Shown here: piece by piece, positions 26,328-39,261 of the stretch | How positions within the stretch are numbered: the first letter of the stretch is position 1 | Layout of the letters: each line of letters starts with the position of its first letter | The notes under the pieces: model-generated | The model's input: only the letters and a program-made list of their open reading frames with translations | Database searches by the model: none | Told to the model about the DNA's origin: nothing | Translations under genes and position numbers: made by a program | Origin: Phoronis australis | Lineage: Eukaryota; Animalia; Phoronida | Length of the DNA stretch: 64,000 bases | Reading direction: 5' to 3' | Assembly: GCA_002633005.1 (NCBI GenBank) | Contig: NMRA01000321.1 | Coordinates: 447,131-511,130 of the forward strand

Positions 26328-27627
26328 ACTGCTTGTTTTGTCAATGGACAGTACTGATATTTCTTTCCATCACATACATGACAATGAATGATATTGGGGC
26401 ACGAAAAGACTGACGACCCACACAGGTACCTTTTCGCCCCCTTACCGATGCATTATATGGGACGGCAACAGTTTACTGTTAATCAAATAAACCTAAAAGC
26501 TATGCCACAATATTTATAGTCATTATATTGAAGTAACATTGAAATGTTTCAATGTTAGAACATAGTATGTCGCAGGGTTTATACAAAGCGGACAGCCATA
26601 TGGCACGCTCAAAAGTGTTTCACGATTTCCAATACTGGTACTATAAATACTCTAGCATTGCTATCTGTACAGCTTTCAAAAAAAAACCCTAAAACATTGG
26701 TAGTGATGAAAATATACATGGGTCGTCAGTCTTCTCGTGTCTGCCAATATCATTCAAATTGTACGACAGAATAATCATTTGCACAGAATCCCAACTCTAC
26801 TGTCTAACATTTTCTTGCGAGTTTTTTTGCGAGTGGTCCAAGCACTCTCTCCAGATTTCTCACTTCCTATACATGTGTATAATTTTGTGTGTTTTATACC
26901 ATGTCATAGACATCTGAAGCTATTGCATACTGTAGCTTTTGGGTGGAAATTCAGTACTTTGCCACGTCATGGTAGTTAATGTCTTGTTGAATTACAGTAG
27001 AACTCGGTAAGTTGGAGCCAGTGAGACAGATATTTCATCGAAGTCAAAGTTACTTGGAGGCGTTACAGGAATTAATGCATGCTAGCCTTTCTAGTTTCCA
27101 ATGAAGCACTACCAATGTAACGAGTCCTACTGTATAAGAAGAGGGCAGGAGATTCAGTCTCTACCTCAGACAATAGTCCAGATTTTTATGTAACAGCAAT
27201 ATTGTTGAATGTGTTCACTTGAAACTCACTAACAACTCCAGTGAGACCAATTCCTAAGTAAACCATAACTGATGTTGAGTTTAGAGGTTTATAATGTAGT
27301 TCTAGTAACATTACACTTGTCATGACCATGTCACTATAAGTTCCTGAACATCAATATATGCTACTTTCTTTGTCAATTGTTTACCATTCTGAAAACACAG
27401 AAATCCATCATGGAATGCCAACTTCATTTTTGTACCACTGAGATTGCGCTGTGATTGCATTCGTTTGTTAGGATATTTGTTCTCTCTATGGAACTTGTCA
27501 CTTATTTCAACTCGTCCAAAGTAGATACTCCCCGAGTCACAAGTTTTAGTAATAGAGTACTTAGGTAATGAGCTGGAGTTGGCATTCCAGGGATAAGACA
27601 ACTCGATATATATATACATAAATGAAA

Positions 27628-29428
27628 CTAATAAGAAAACCCTTGAAACTCAAAGTCCTCCTCATTTCCCGGTGGAGGGTAAAAAGCTCTGATGCAGGCT
27701 ACTGCGCATGCTGGAATTACAACACGGACAGTTCGTCCTAGGTGACCATGCACCCATCTTTGGAACTGTCTGTAGGCTATGTGTCGCATCCTTTTATCAA
27801 AGGGTCCGTCATAGCCATCCGGATATTGGCTTTTATACTGCAACCATGCAGTCTCCAAAACATCACGATTGATGCACACAGGTTGAAAACTTCCATGGTA
27901 CACGATACATTTTTTTCTTCCGTTTAAGTTGTCCCTCTTCATTTCGTCCTCAAGTTTAGCAATAACTTTGTCGACTTCTTGACAACATACTCTTTCTTCA
28001 ATGACTGCAGTAGTCTGACAGTTGTCACACGTGCACCTGCAAGATGTGACAATATGTATACATTACTTTAGTAAACATCAAAATGTCGAATTGAAAAAAT
28101 TACTGATTTACCAAGAGTGTCTCGGCCAAATTAATTGAGGGTTTGCAATGACCTCAGTTTTCGAGAAGACTGATTGTTGAGCAGCGACCTGTTTAAAACA
28201 GAACAAAAATGAAACTAAATTCCAAAAAACAAGCTTTGAAACATCACATAAATAGTAAAGATATTTACTTTTCATACAAATGAATACTGCTACACCCAGG
28301 GCAGTGGCAGATCATGCCTGGGGGATATATATATAGGAATGGACATACTTAGTTTGATTTGCTGACACCTGATTCATTGATGGAGGGGTCTGTTTTGTTA
28401 ATAATCGTGAATATTACAGTAAACATTTTTAAAAACTTCTCAATATCCGATGCCTTCTATACTCTTTAGAAACTTTACCAGACGGTTCCTTCCCAAGTCA
28501 ACTCGCACCCAAGCCATGTACCAATTTTCACAAATAACAGCAACATTAGGTACATAGGCATGAAAGCATTGACTTACACAAACTAAACCTGGTTAGAAAA
28601 ACGTGTGTACATTGCTCTGGGTCCAAGTTGACTTGGCCCTAGAGTATGAAAATGAAGTGACCTGTTTTATAACCCATGGAATTCCCTCCGGCCCCCAGGT
28701 AAGAAAGTCTAAGTTGCAAAATTGCAATTCTTTTTTCCTCTTGTTTACACTACACAGTTGAGTATTGGGAGGTGGTTCTCATTCTTTCCCATGCATACAT
28801 TTATTCACTCACTAGTAAGACTGAGCTCAGGGGAGTAGGAGACAACTTCGTACAATGCCCAATTGTCTGCCAGTGAAAGCCAGGATTCGAACCCGAGTCT
28901 CACAAACAAGAGTCCGGGGCCCAAACCAATGCGCCACTGTCTACAAATAATGAAAGACCACACATTGTTGAGTGATTTGCGTAAGTGCAACGAGTCCCAT
29001 TTTTTATCACTGAAACTGGTACTTATCCACGGCTGAAAAATGATTCATCAGTGGGGACGAGAGCGCCTGGGAGTGACCGGTAAAGCTACTGAACTTAAAA
29101 TTAAAAAAGACCAAGTAGTAATTCGCGGTAGTATGATGCATATTTATAATATTCTTACCAGTCACTAACATTCTGTCGCAACTCCTGCGCACCTTCTGCC
29201 CGTTGATATTCACTGCACGAACCGGCTGGGGCTGGATCGTCGACAACCGGAGCAAGGGAAACGGTTCTACTAGAGAGAAGGTGTGAGCACAAATTCAACG
29301 GTTCCTATGGGGTCTGTCGCCTCCTCCTCCACATCCGAAACGTCAGAATCGTCTGAAAACTCCACCTGACCCTCCCTGTATCTTTCAAAATATTCTTCAT
29401 CTACGCTGCTGTACTCACTGGGATCCAT
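27628..29428 (-). pseudogene. P2X7 intracellular (ballast/nanor-like) domain gene, KolX-like; 2 exons, exon 1 frameshifted
   Basis: Exon 1 (29428-29159) is acidic and ends NVSDW| with a +1 frameshift near 29270-29310. Exon 2 (28036-27628) is intact: WCTCDNC..CCQE..CIVYH..VCINRDVL..RHIAYRQFQRWVHGHLG..RVVIPACAVACIRAFYP. Confidence 0.85.
28865..28942 (-). mobile_element. tRNA-derived SINE head in the KolX-like intron
   Basis: Minus-strand A-box TGGCGCATTGG and B-box GGTTCGAATCC. Confidence 0.55.
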
Positions 29429-30666
29429 ATTGTTTTCTTTGTGTTCCCCAACACCACGTCACAGATGTGTAACGAAGGAAAATGGCGCCGTTTCTACTTT
29501 CCGTTACAACAATGGCGTTACAACGCCACGGCAACAAATATGTAAATAACTTTTTATAGCGACGTACAATTCAGTTAATATTAAGAATATAGCAATAATA
29601 ATTATAAACATGAATTTAGAGCATATTGTTGTTCAGATTGGTTGAGACCTTGCAATTTACACTTTAAAGGTTAAATTTAACCTACAGTAGTTGATGATAA
29701 ATTCGATGTTCATGTTGGTACAGAAGTCGACCCTGCCACGATAAGGGATATTACAAGACCGACATAATGCGAGCAAAAGGCACGACTTGGTTTTCGCTCA
29801 TTAGTTTAGGTACATGTAACTAATCAAGGTGAAGTGCAGCTATAAATTGCAAATGACGGTTTCTATTTACTGAGAACTAGGAACCAGTATTGGTTCTTAG
29901 CTGAGAAACATTACATTATTTCCAATGCACCGTTGATTACTTACCAGTTTTTGCTGAAAACAAAACCAGTTTCCAGTTCACCGATACTCGACATCACAAA
30001 AATCACTATCAAGCCAATTCATTTAGGTACAGGGTGTTATGTTCGTGGTTTTCATTAAACTTGCAGAGTCCAAAACATAACCTTATATGGCACTGGTAGC
30101 TAGAATCATAGATTGTGTAAGTTGTGCAAAACAATTCTCTGAAATCTGATTATGACTCATGAGCATATGATCTTTAGTTCTGACAAACAAGTTTTCAGTT
30201 GAGAGTTAGACAGCATAGTGAATAGATGTATCTTGTAGATCTCTAGAATAAACCCACGTAAAACCGTAACACAGAGTTGCGTTTGAGAGAGGATTTCATA
30301 CACAGGGGTTACTTCAGCGAAACGTTGGTATGGATGAATAGCAACCGAATCGATTTAACGATTGCGCATGTCCGGAAACTAGGGTGCGCAAAGGCTATTG
30401 GGATTGATTAGGGTATATGGAATGGCCGATTGGTTTGCACGACGTGTGATTTGTGTGCATTAAACTACGCTGCTGGATGTAATTCTGCCGCTATTCGCCC
30501 TACTAAGCGCTCATTCACCAATAAGTGCGCCAAGGAGTTTTAAAACATTGCTAAAGTAAGCGCCCAGCCCATGAACTACATACGAAAAATGCCTTAGTTC
30601 TAACGTCTCCAATTGATTAATTGAAAGACCCGACAATCCTGAATTTGTAGACTACGAGCCTCACCG

Positions 30667-30939
30667 TTATGTCCGTATACACTTCAAACGTACGCCTCGA
30701 TTCAAAAAGAACGCAGAAGTTTTGCTGCTCTTGCGAGGGATGTGCCCCACTACGCGTGTCTGGACTTTGAAAATAGACGCAGCGTACTTGTCAGCGGGAT
30801 TGCATTGTTTCTTTCCGGTACAGATCTTATCCGGCCTCAACAGGAATCCAAACTTCTTTGTACACGTGAAAACTGTGAATCGAAGACTAATAAAAAACTC
30901 TACCAGTGTTAGCACGCGGCCAAGAAGCGCGCGCTGCAT
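30667..30939 (-). pseudogene. degenerate HIRAN-like domain fragment, probably transposon-borne
   Basis: NPADKYAA..VVGHIPRKSSKTSAFFLNRG fits the recalled HIRAN pattern NxxDxxA...GH[IV]P. Confidence 0.55.
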
Positions 30940-31953
30940 AATGTACCGGCTGTCATCGAGGACATTAAGTCGAGAACTATCTATTCATAAAACGGGTAAC
31001 AAATAAAGATTGACACTAATTTCCGAAAGTTTCTAATACCGTAAAAACACTTTTGCATTATGTTTGAGAGAAATTATTTATCTAATCATAATTGGTGTTT
31101 TTAAAATCAAAATGACCCACTGATAGTGAACACATTCGCACCCTTACACCCCGAATCTTCCGGAAAATACCTGTTACACTACGGTCACGCATCCTCTCAC
31201 CCGGCGACTCAATGAGTGACATATCTGTCTTACCGAAAAATTCTCGAACGTTTTTTAGCAGATGAGGCCAGCAAGTGCTAAGCTAGATATTAAAACACGC
31301 TGTGCTTGACTGTTTGTGTTGATTTCTTTGGATACAATGCACACCTAGATCATTACATCGCATTTACTCTGGCAAAGGAACTCTGATGACAAGCACACGC
31401 ACGCTTACTCTCACACACACGCATACGAACTGCAAAACACACGTCACGTGACAATAACATGTGTGTTCCTCCAGAGATTTTTTTCGTGTTGGGGGCTACA
31501 ATCTAGCGCAGATTTGGTCTTAATCTGCAGTTAATCCAGACTCCACAAGAACTTAAAAAATCTTAGAGACGCTATTTGGAAAACTTGAGGAGGATTTCAG
31601 GTAATTTCTTGAGTCGAAGCTGTATTCTTATTCAAGAATTCAAGCCCTATCGACGATTGCGAGACCGGCAGCTAAGAATTTTGTCGGCAAGATTTCGCCC
31701 TTTTTCTGAAAAATGATCGTAATTTAACAACGAATTTTGAAGGCAATGCACCACAATTTTGTAGAAAGCAAATAATAATATTGTACACGCTTTATCTTAG
31801 AGCGTTAATGCATATAGTGTGCGTACGTTAAGTGAGTTGACCCAGAACAGGTGATTGTGCAGAGGCATTATCCTCAAAATTTCTCATGTTGGCTTGGTTC
31901 TGGTCAAGCGAAAACAAGTTTTTTTTTCATTACCAACCGCCGTGGAGTATTTG

Positions 31954-34900
31954 TTACTGTTTCTTTGAAGGGAGATATTGTTGGGCAGTTTCCAAGATAC
32001 GTTTTCTTGCTGCCCTCAAAATGAGCTCTGCTATGCTACGAAGTCGAAAAGAATTCACTACGTCGGCCTTTGCTACCAGCTCTACCGATGTCTCTGACCC
32101 ATGTTTAACGCAGTTCTTGATCTTTGGGAAACAGGTAGTAACTAAATTCTTTATCTCGCTAACTGGTATTATAGCATGCCAGGCACACAACACGTATAAC
32201 CTCCCTGTGACCGGTTCGCCCCCACGCTTGCCGACGTACTTGTTTACCAGTTTAACCACAATGCAACATTCTGACCCATTTTGCAATATGGCGGCGTTGC
32301 AACTCCGTTATTGGCCCACGTGGTCTAAAGTCTATAGAGCAATTTGGAGGACATGCATGTATTGGCCGTGATAGCTTTTTGTTCTTTTGGCGCTTCTTTT
32401 TTAATGGCACCGTTAGTCAAAATTAAGCAATCACTGTGCGTTCATGAAATTACTTTTGTGGCAACGACGGGGGGAGGGATGCTCCTTTATTAAAAAGTCA
32501 TCAACAACACGTACTCGTAATTATAAAGTTTCCGAATATTACACTGATTGCATGGTTTTAATAACATTTAAATTCGTATAATGTATTGTAAATCTTTTGT
32601 ACCATTCTGAATACTGCCGGCATTTTTTATAGTCTGCCGATTTCACTTTCCTCTCCATAAATGCATGTGTAAGTATCTGTTCTGTTTTTGTGTGACGTCA
32701 CGAATGCAATCGATGTTTTTACCGGGCAACAGTAATGGATAAAAAACTTGGGGTTACATTAGCCATATCGGACGCAGGGTTTAACCTTTCAATTTATGTT
32801 CAGGTCAGTGAGCACCGGCGGCAATTTGTGATATAATATTGAGATGTCCCTTTTAAAATAGGTCTGTAAGTTTCATGTATGGTTGTTAAATTTCCGTGAG
32901 CTTCAGCCTTTCACAATGTTGTTGTATGAAGACTAAAGATTTTGATCAAAGGTGCAGAAGACACAGAAAATTAACAGCGCAAGGGGTTGAAAGCATTAAC
33001 AATATGCAGAAACAGCTTTAATAATGAAGTTCGTATTCAAAAAAATATTTACATGCTTGTCTCTGATGGAGTTTGTGACATAACAAGTTGTAATAAAACG
33101 AGGTTCCACCGCAACGGCAGTCAACTTTAAACGCACGAGTGACGACAACTGAAATGGTCGTTCCAAAGCGTATACCCAAAAAATACCCACCTTAATGGAC
33201 GGTTGTTACATACATGTACCAATAACGTAAACGCCCAGGCCCAAGTACGTTGAGGCCCACAGGAAATGACTCGATACATCCTTAGTACAAGAACAACGAT
33301 GAATTTTGAGTGCAGTGAGTATAAAACTAACTCAACGGGATGTCAATTTTGACGGTACAGTCGTTGCCATGCCCCCTGGATAACCAGTTACAAACTAAAG
33401 CTCCAGTAGCCAAGCAGGGCCGAAATCATTCAACAGTGAACAGGCGCGACAACGCATGTTTTGGTGTTTAAAAACACTAGTATTCGCGTGTTGCTTGAGA
33501 ATTTAACTTTTGCAGCTCTGCCACCATTGTTATTATCACAAGCAAAATCAAGATTGCTAATTAATGAAAGATTTTTTTAATCCTGACATGTGCCCCTTAA
33601 AGTTCTCGTTTTCACTCGCTCTGTCCACTCTTTCAGCGGTATCACTTCTGCTTGAAGAGACGGGATTGTCCTAAAAATAAAGTAGACAATCCTATAGACC
33701 CAATTCACGCGGCGGACATTAAAATCCAAAGCGAGGCTCACTGCGATAAACAAAGCGGAAATTTGCATTGCGTGAGTTAAATGGCCGGTCTTTGGAGTCC
33801 AACCTGAATATTGAATCTTGCGTCAATAATTAACCACAGAGACGTAGAAAATACAGTTAAAGAACAATTCAATGCACCAAAGAGTTGTCTGACGAAAGGA
33901 TATAAGTTTTTTTTTCCGGAAAACTAGGTTCGAAACATGAAAAGTAAACATGACCAAATTGCGGCGATCGTACGGATTAGGTATCATGCTGAATTCAGGG
34001 TTACGTTTCTTCTAATAAATTCTTAAATGCTTTCTACACGAACCAGGTCATCTGGTCGTCTTTTTGACGAGTTGCAGTTATATTCGACAGTGGTGGCTCA
34101 TAGCATTTCACTGTCACGTGCAATTAGTCACATCTGGTTCAATTTGTTGATCAAGAGCAGGCCTAGCTTCAAGCATAGCCTAGATCCTGGTGAGGTAGGC
34201 ACTACCGGGACTAACAATTGATTTGTCATTGATCTGAAATGCGATACTTGATGTTATTAAATATATCTTTTGATTACGATAAAAAACCAGGCTCGCAACT
34301 GAAAATAAAAATCATATGACCATCAATTCTGCTTTCTTGGTTTTAATAATTACATCTATTTCATGTGTTATATTTTTCAAATATCAATCTTGACCAAGTT
34401 GAACTTTAAAATTAAAAACCTTATTCTTTCGTCCAAAGCATAACCTCGTTTTAGAGCTCAATTTCAGTTAACTGGACAGAGCACAGTGGCGGATTTAGAG
34501 GGGAGCCAAGGGGGCTATGCTCCCAAATTCCATTCAGAGGTCTCGTTCATATCCCGGCGAGGGGAAAGGTGCCTGTGCGGCCTTCTGAGAGGGGAACGTC
34601 CGACGGGTCAGTGCAAAATCTACTGACCTCCTGATCACCATCAATAGCACCCCGCCCTGTTGCAAGCTCTCATAGCTCTGTCTCAAGTAGCATTTTCAGT
34701 GGCTGATCTAGGATACCATGAGGGGGGCACGACATCCTCGGAGAAGCGGGCAAAGCGCGATTGTATGCACGCAGGCGGCCCGGAAGTTGCGGGCGCCGAG
34801 GATGTATACCTTCTGCTCAGGAAATCTGCGGTCGGACTAAAAAAAAAAACGGAACGTGTTTCCCCCTCGTCTGCTAGGTTCTACCTCGAACTCAGTATAG

Positions 34901-37189
34901 TCCTCCCCGGCGCTTCGTCACGTTTTGCTGGTTTATTTTGCTTGCGGCAGTCAGGAGGTAGGGGCCAGGGGGTCATCCCCGCCCCCCCTAAATCCGCCTT
35001 TGATTTTGTACTTTTTCAAATTGTCATGAAAACACAGCCTGGCTGGCCGAAGATTCTCCGGGGCCTCGTTGCTATGGCGGCATCCGCGATGCGACAAATT
35101 ATGATTTTTAAAACATGCAGTTATAAATTTTACACGGACATATTTTCGTTCGCCGCGGCGTATGGCAAAGACCCAACGCTTCCGAATCCCAACGTCCTTA
35201 GGGATTGTAAAACAGACACTTGAGTGTCCGTAATTTTTCTAGCTGTTCGAGCAACGCGCCTCCTGTCGGCGTGAATAGGGTCTATATTGAAATACACAAC
35301 TAGCGTGTTTTCAAGGCATATTTATCGGAACTAAGAGCTGTAACGGTGTGTCAATATTGCCCTATACTGAATACAGGAAGCCATAGATGGAACATGGAGC
35401 AGATACCGTTGAGACGAGGTTACAATGAAAACAGATATTTTGTGTTTGACAGATATCTCTCGAAAATAATCATGAGTACAGAGTGTACATGTACGTACAC
35501 GTAAAAGCACTTGATTAAAGTTTAATTTTGCCCCGTTTAGCAGATGAAAAAAAACACAAAAATTAAACTTTTTACTCTTGTAAAATTGGTCTCATAACAG
35601 CTCATTTACGTGATATGATTCTGTCTCTGTTACAAAACAGATCACCGAAACCATCAGTGATTCAAAAAACGCTTCAGAGTTTATAGGGTTAACCGACTCT
35701 TTGGTTGAAAATTTGAAAATTGTACATGTACACACTGCCTGTGACTTGAGTTGCCCGCTAATTCGGCAACACTTCAAACTCAAATAAGTTTAGCGATTTT
35801 TTTAAACCCCAAAGCGTTACTGTTAAGAGTTTAACATTGTCAGCTAAACAGCGACAAAATGCTCCGCAGCAACATATTACCTTTCCACGGTTACAGCCCC
35901 GATATAAAGTTAGCAGTTGGGGTACAATTTTATGGACCCAAATCCTGTCCGGCTGATGGATGTCAACGGATATCTTTGAATCGGCTTCACTCCAAAGACT
36001 AGCGGCAGATAGTTCACGGCCTATGCAGTTCAACACTTGTTGCTTAAAATTTTCTAGTTCCTCACACTTTTCTTTGAATTCAGACTTTTCACGCATGAGA
36101 ATAACTGAAAAAGAAAAACCCAGAACGTTGATTTGGGTTCACTGTATGTGCTTCGTAAATGACGAAAATAAGTGTAATTCGTTGATTTAAATATTTCTGA
36201 GCACTAGCGAACTTTAAATTTTGTCTATTGGTTACAGCGCTGGTCATCTGAAAATAGTCTTGGTACTGAGGCAAACACACACATTTGTAATTTCCACAAT
36301 GGCGTAACAGTAGTCAAACTGTCTTAACGACTGTCTGACAGGTTTTCGTCCACAAAAGACACATTCTTCAAACGAAATATCAAGCCGTTAGACCGAATGG
36401 AAGGCTTATGCGTAAAAAACGGAACCATGCCAACTTTGTGTGTGGGGGTGCAGTACATGAAAGGTAAACTCGAAAACAGGCAGGTGTCATCGTTTCCTTA
36501 ATAGAAACACGTCTTCCTGTTTCACTAATGGACTTGGTAATTACAGAGACAGACGCAAAAAGTAAGGAGCACAGCTGTAGTCGTATCTTTCCAAAAGCCA
36601 ATGTAAGGTGCGCGTTGGCTAACAAGAAAGCATCCCCCTAAGTCTCCGGTGATCACTTAGTCGGTAATGAGGCAGTGACAAACATAAGACCGACAAAAAT
36701 GCAACAACCAAAACTCCCTTCGGGTGTGCTGTACCTGTGCAAGTGCGGACTTTATTCACTCATTACGCCACGTGACTTTCGATTTATGCTGGAATGATTA
36801 GACATACGGCTGATTTGATAGCAGGCGATTTGAAGCTACCAATATACTCAAAGTGTTCCAATTGGCACCCTAGAGGTCGGTATTGTCAGAAAAACAACGT
36901 AAGCTATGCTCTCGTGACTGGAAACACATCTGACAAAATTCAGTACAATCATTCACCAAAATTGTTAGATATTTAGGCAGGCAAAAATATTAAAACTGCC
37001 ACGAGGAGGAAGAGCGGTAATAAGGTACTTTGGAAACATCGGGACAGTCTTGCTTTCCTCAACTGGAGTTTTTTCTGTCGACTGTCCTTCAAACCGCTTA
37101 CCAGATACAGAGGTAGGCGTCAAATAAGGACACCAAAACACTAAAACTGCAACTAATGGATACACAGAGCAAGAGGGCAGTTTGAACAT
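31954..37189 (-). CDS. candidate secreted alpha-helical protein; middle exon(s) unresolved
   Basis: Signal-like exon 37189-37102 (MFKLPSCSVYPLVAVLVFWCPYLTPTSVS, phase-1 donor GTAAGC). Exon 36104-35881 has a strong acceptor and runs phase 1 to phase 0. The putative last exon ~32163-31954 ends RLRSIAELILRAARKRILETAQQYLPSKKQ*. Confidence 0.4.
33696..35283 (+). mobile_element. non-autonomous TIR DNA transposon with AT TSD (ISL2EU-like), copy 1, with nested MITE
   Basis: AT|AGACCCAATTCACGC ... GCGTGAATAGGGTCT|AT; homologous in inverted orientation to 62103-63477. Confidence 0.75.
34697..35002 (+). mobile_element. MITE (CAGTGGC.GATCTAG family) with 5-bp TSD atttt
   Basis: Termini CAGTGGCTGATCTAG / TAAATCCGCCTTTG; relatives at 41009-41354 and 41571-41830. 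Confidence 0.7.
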
Positions 37190-38899
37190 TTTAGTGAGAT
37201 ACTTTCCTTCTTATGCAAACATATTAATGCAAGTGATGTCCCACATCACTGTGGAATGCTGCAGATACTCGAATAACGCAACAAGTTCCCAATATTCCTT
37301 CCCAAAACGAAAAGAACATGAGCATGCACTAAATATCGTGGTGCCTCTCCTAACTGAAGAGAACTGACGAAGCTTTATTCGTCACAAGTCAGTATTCCAT
37401 TTCGTTCTACAACACCTGCCTCAAAGAACACATGCTGCAAACATACAAAGAGATATCATATCTGTCAAGTTTCCCAAAATTTATTCGCCGAGAGATTTGC
37501 TAATTACAAAAGTAAAGTAAAAACAAAATCAAACAAACTAAACTTGCCATCACCAGTGCTCTCAATCTTTCAAACTTCGGGGTCACAGCCTCTCATTAAG
37601 GAACATATCTACCGAGTTTCATGATGAACATGCACCTCGACACTGGCGACCGGGCAAAGAATACGGCTTTATACTCCTCATATATCAGGTATGTAGAGGA
37701 GTATGTGTGCACATAAAAACAGTCGTACCAATAGAATATGGGTTTGGCGTTTAAGAGCATGTTAAACTTTGTTGTATAACCTATAAAAATGCAATGACAA
37801 CAACCAAGTGTCTTAAAACAACACTTAAAACCGGGTTTTGGCCTACAAACAAGTACAAACTATAATTTGTTCATGTCAAATCTCCCAAATGAAATGAAGC
37901 TCAACAGTTTGGGGCAAGTCGAACATTCCGTATAAAATCTGTTAAATTGACAGACTGGCACTATAAGACAGATAAAGAACAACTTTGGGGAAATTGGGAT
38001 GCAGAAGTGTCTTATCTGAATCATGTTTGTGTCACTCAGGTGAGATGTACGTTCCGGGGTGCATCACCATGTAGACAGAACCATGCACTAAAACAAAGTA
38101 ACGTTCTCATGCCCACCCTTTATACCTTAGCATGCCAACTATTGATCGCCAAGCGGGACTAACTCTACGCGAGTTTATCAAGTGCTGAAGAGAACACCAA
38201 CCTCGTGAAACCAAACAAAAATTTTGTGACGAACCGATGAAGACATTAGCCCTAAAAAGTACTGCTCAATAACTGGTGGCAGAAACAGTTTTGGGTAAAT
38301 TCTAAAATAAAAGGTAGTGTCCTTTTAGATAAATTAACTTTGCTGAAAGTCATTTTCACGAAAGACGTAGCTCTAGTCGACTGGCTTAGGTAATGAATGC
38401 TGTTAGGTTTCACATGATCCTAAGCAAAATGTGTATCCCACCCAACAAGGAAAGTTGGAGTAGAAGAAATCAAGACCTCAAAAATGATCAGAACGTTGAA
38501 GAAAGTGAAGATAATGCCTTATGGAAAAACACGCAGGTAAATTTCAAACATATGGTGTCCAGTGAATGTAAAGTTACTGCGAAAGTCAAAGAGATCATTG
38601 TCTGACCCCCCTAACCTTGTTCAAACAGTCATTAATATGAATTCCTACCTACCAATACAATCTTGCATCACCTTCAGTCTAGATATGTAAGCTTCTTCAC
38701 GACGCCCAATCTACAATCAGACACACGTGACACTCTACATGTATTTGACAAGTAAGGTGTTCAAAACGATAACAGACACAAACTTTTGCCCAGACAATTT
38801 TTGAGAGTCAACACTTACCAGGAAATAGCTTGGATTCGTCAGTAGAAGAATGTAGTTATGGTAATATAATTTGATGAACGAGCCAGAATTGACCCGAAA

Positions 38900-39199
38900 G
38901 TCATCGGTTAGCTCTCCCGACATGAATAGATTTCCATTATCAGGTGTATTAAAAGTCTAGTCATCGGTTAGCTCTCCCGACATGAATAGATTTCCATTAT
39001 CAGGTGTATTAAAAGTCTAGTCATCGGTTAGCTCTCCCGACATGAATAGATTTCCATTATCAAGTGTATTAAAAGTCTAGTCATCGGTTAGCTCTCCCGA
39101 CATGAATAGATTTCCATTATCAAGTGTATTAAAAGTCTAGTCATCGGTTAGCTCTCCCGACATGAATAGATTTCCATTATCAAGTGTATTAAAAGTCTA
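38900..39199 (+). repeat. 60-bp tandem repeat, 5 near-identical copies
   Basis: Unit gtcatcggttagctctcccgacatgaatagatttccattatca(g/a)gtgtattaaaagtcta. Confidence 0.97.
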
Positions 39200-39261
39200 C
39201 ACATCTTAGGAAAGTCATGATATTACACACCATTTCAGAGTGTTGACTGTTGATTCTGAAA

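Larger units (their letters stand above)
24689..29663 (+). mobile_element. Kolobok DNA transposon, internally deleted
   Basis: Perfect 19-bp TIR AGTGTAAATTGCAAGGTCT, TTAA TSD (24685-24688, 29664-29667) and RR..YY termini. It contains convergent THAP-transposase and KolX-like genes. Confidence 0.88.

Noticed and set aside
27628-28036. a true P2RX7 receptor gene
   Set aside because: There are no channel exons; the domain is stand-alone inside transposon TIRs.
19307-28942. tRNA genes at 19307, 25730 and 28865
   Set aside because: Only A/B boxes are present; acceptor and anticodon stems do not fold, so they are treated as SINE heads.
34660-35223. 187-aa ORF
   Set aside because: It spans a nested MITE and TIR-element DNA; a chance ORF in GC-rich repeats.
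38900-39199. 60-bp periodic array as CRISPR
   Set aside because: The whole unit repeats; there is no variable spacer.
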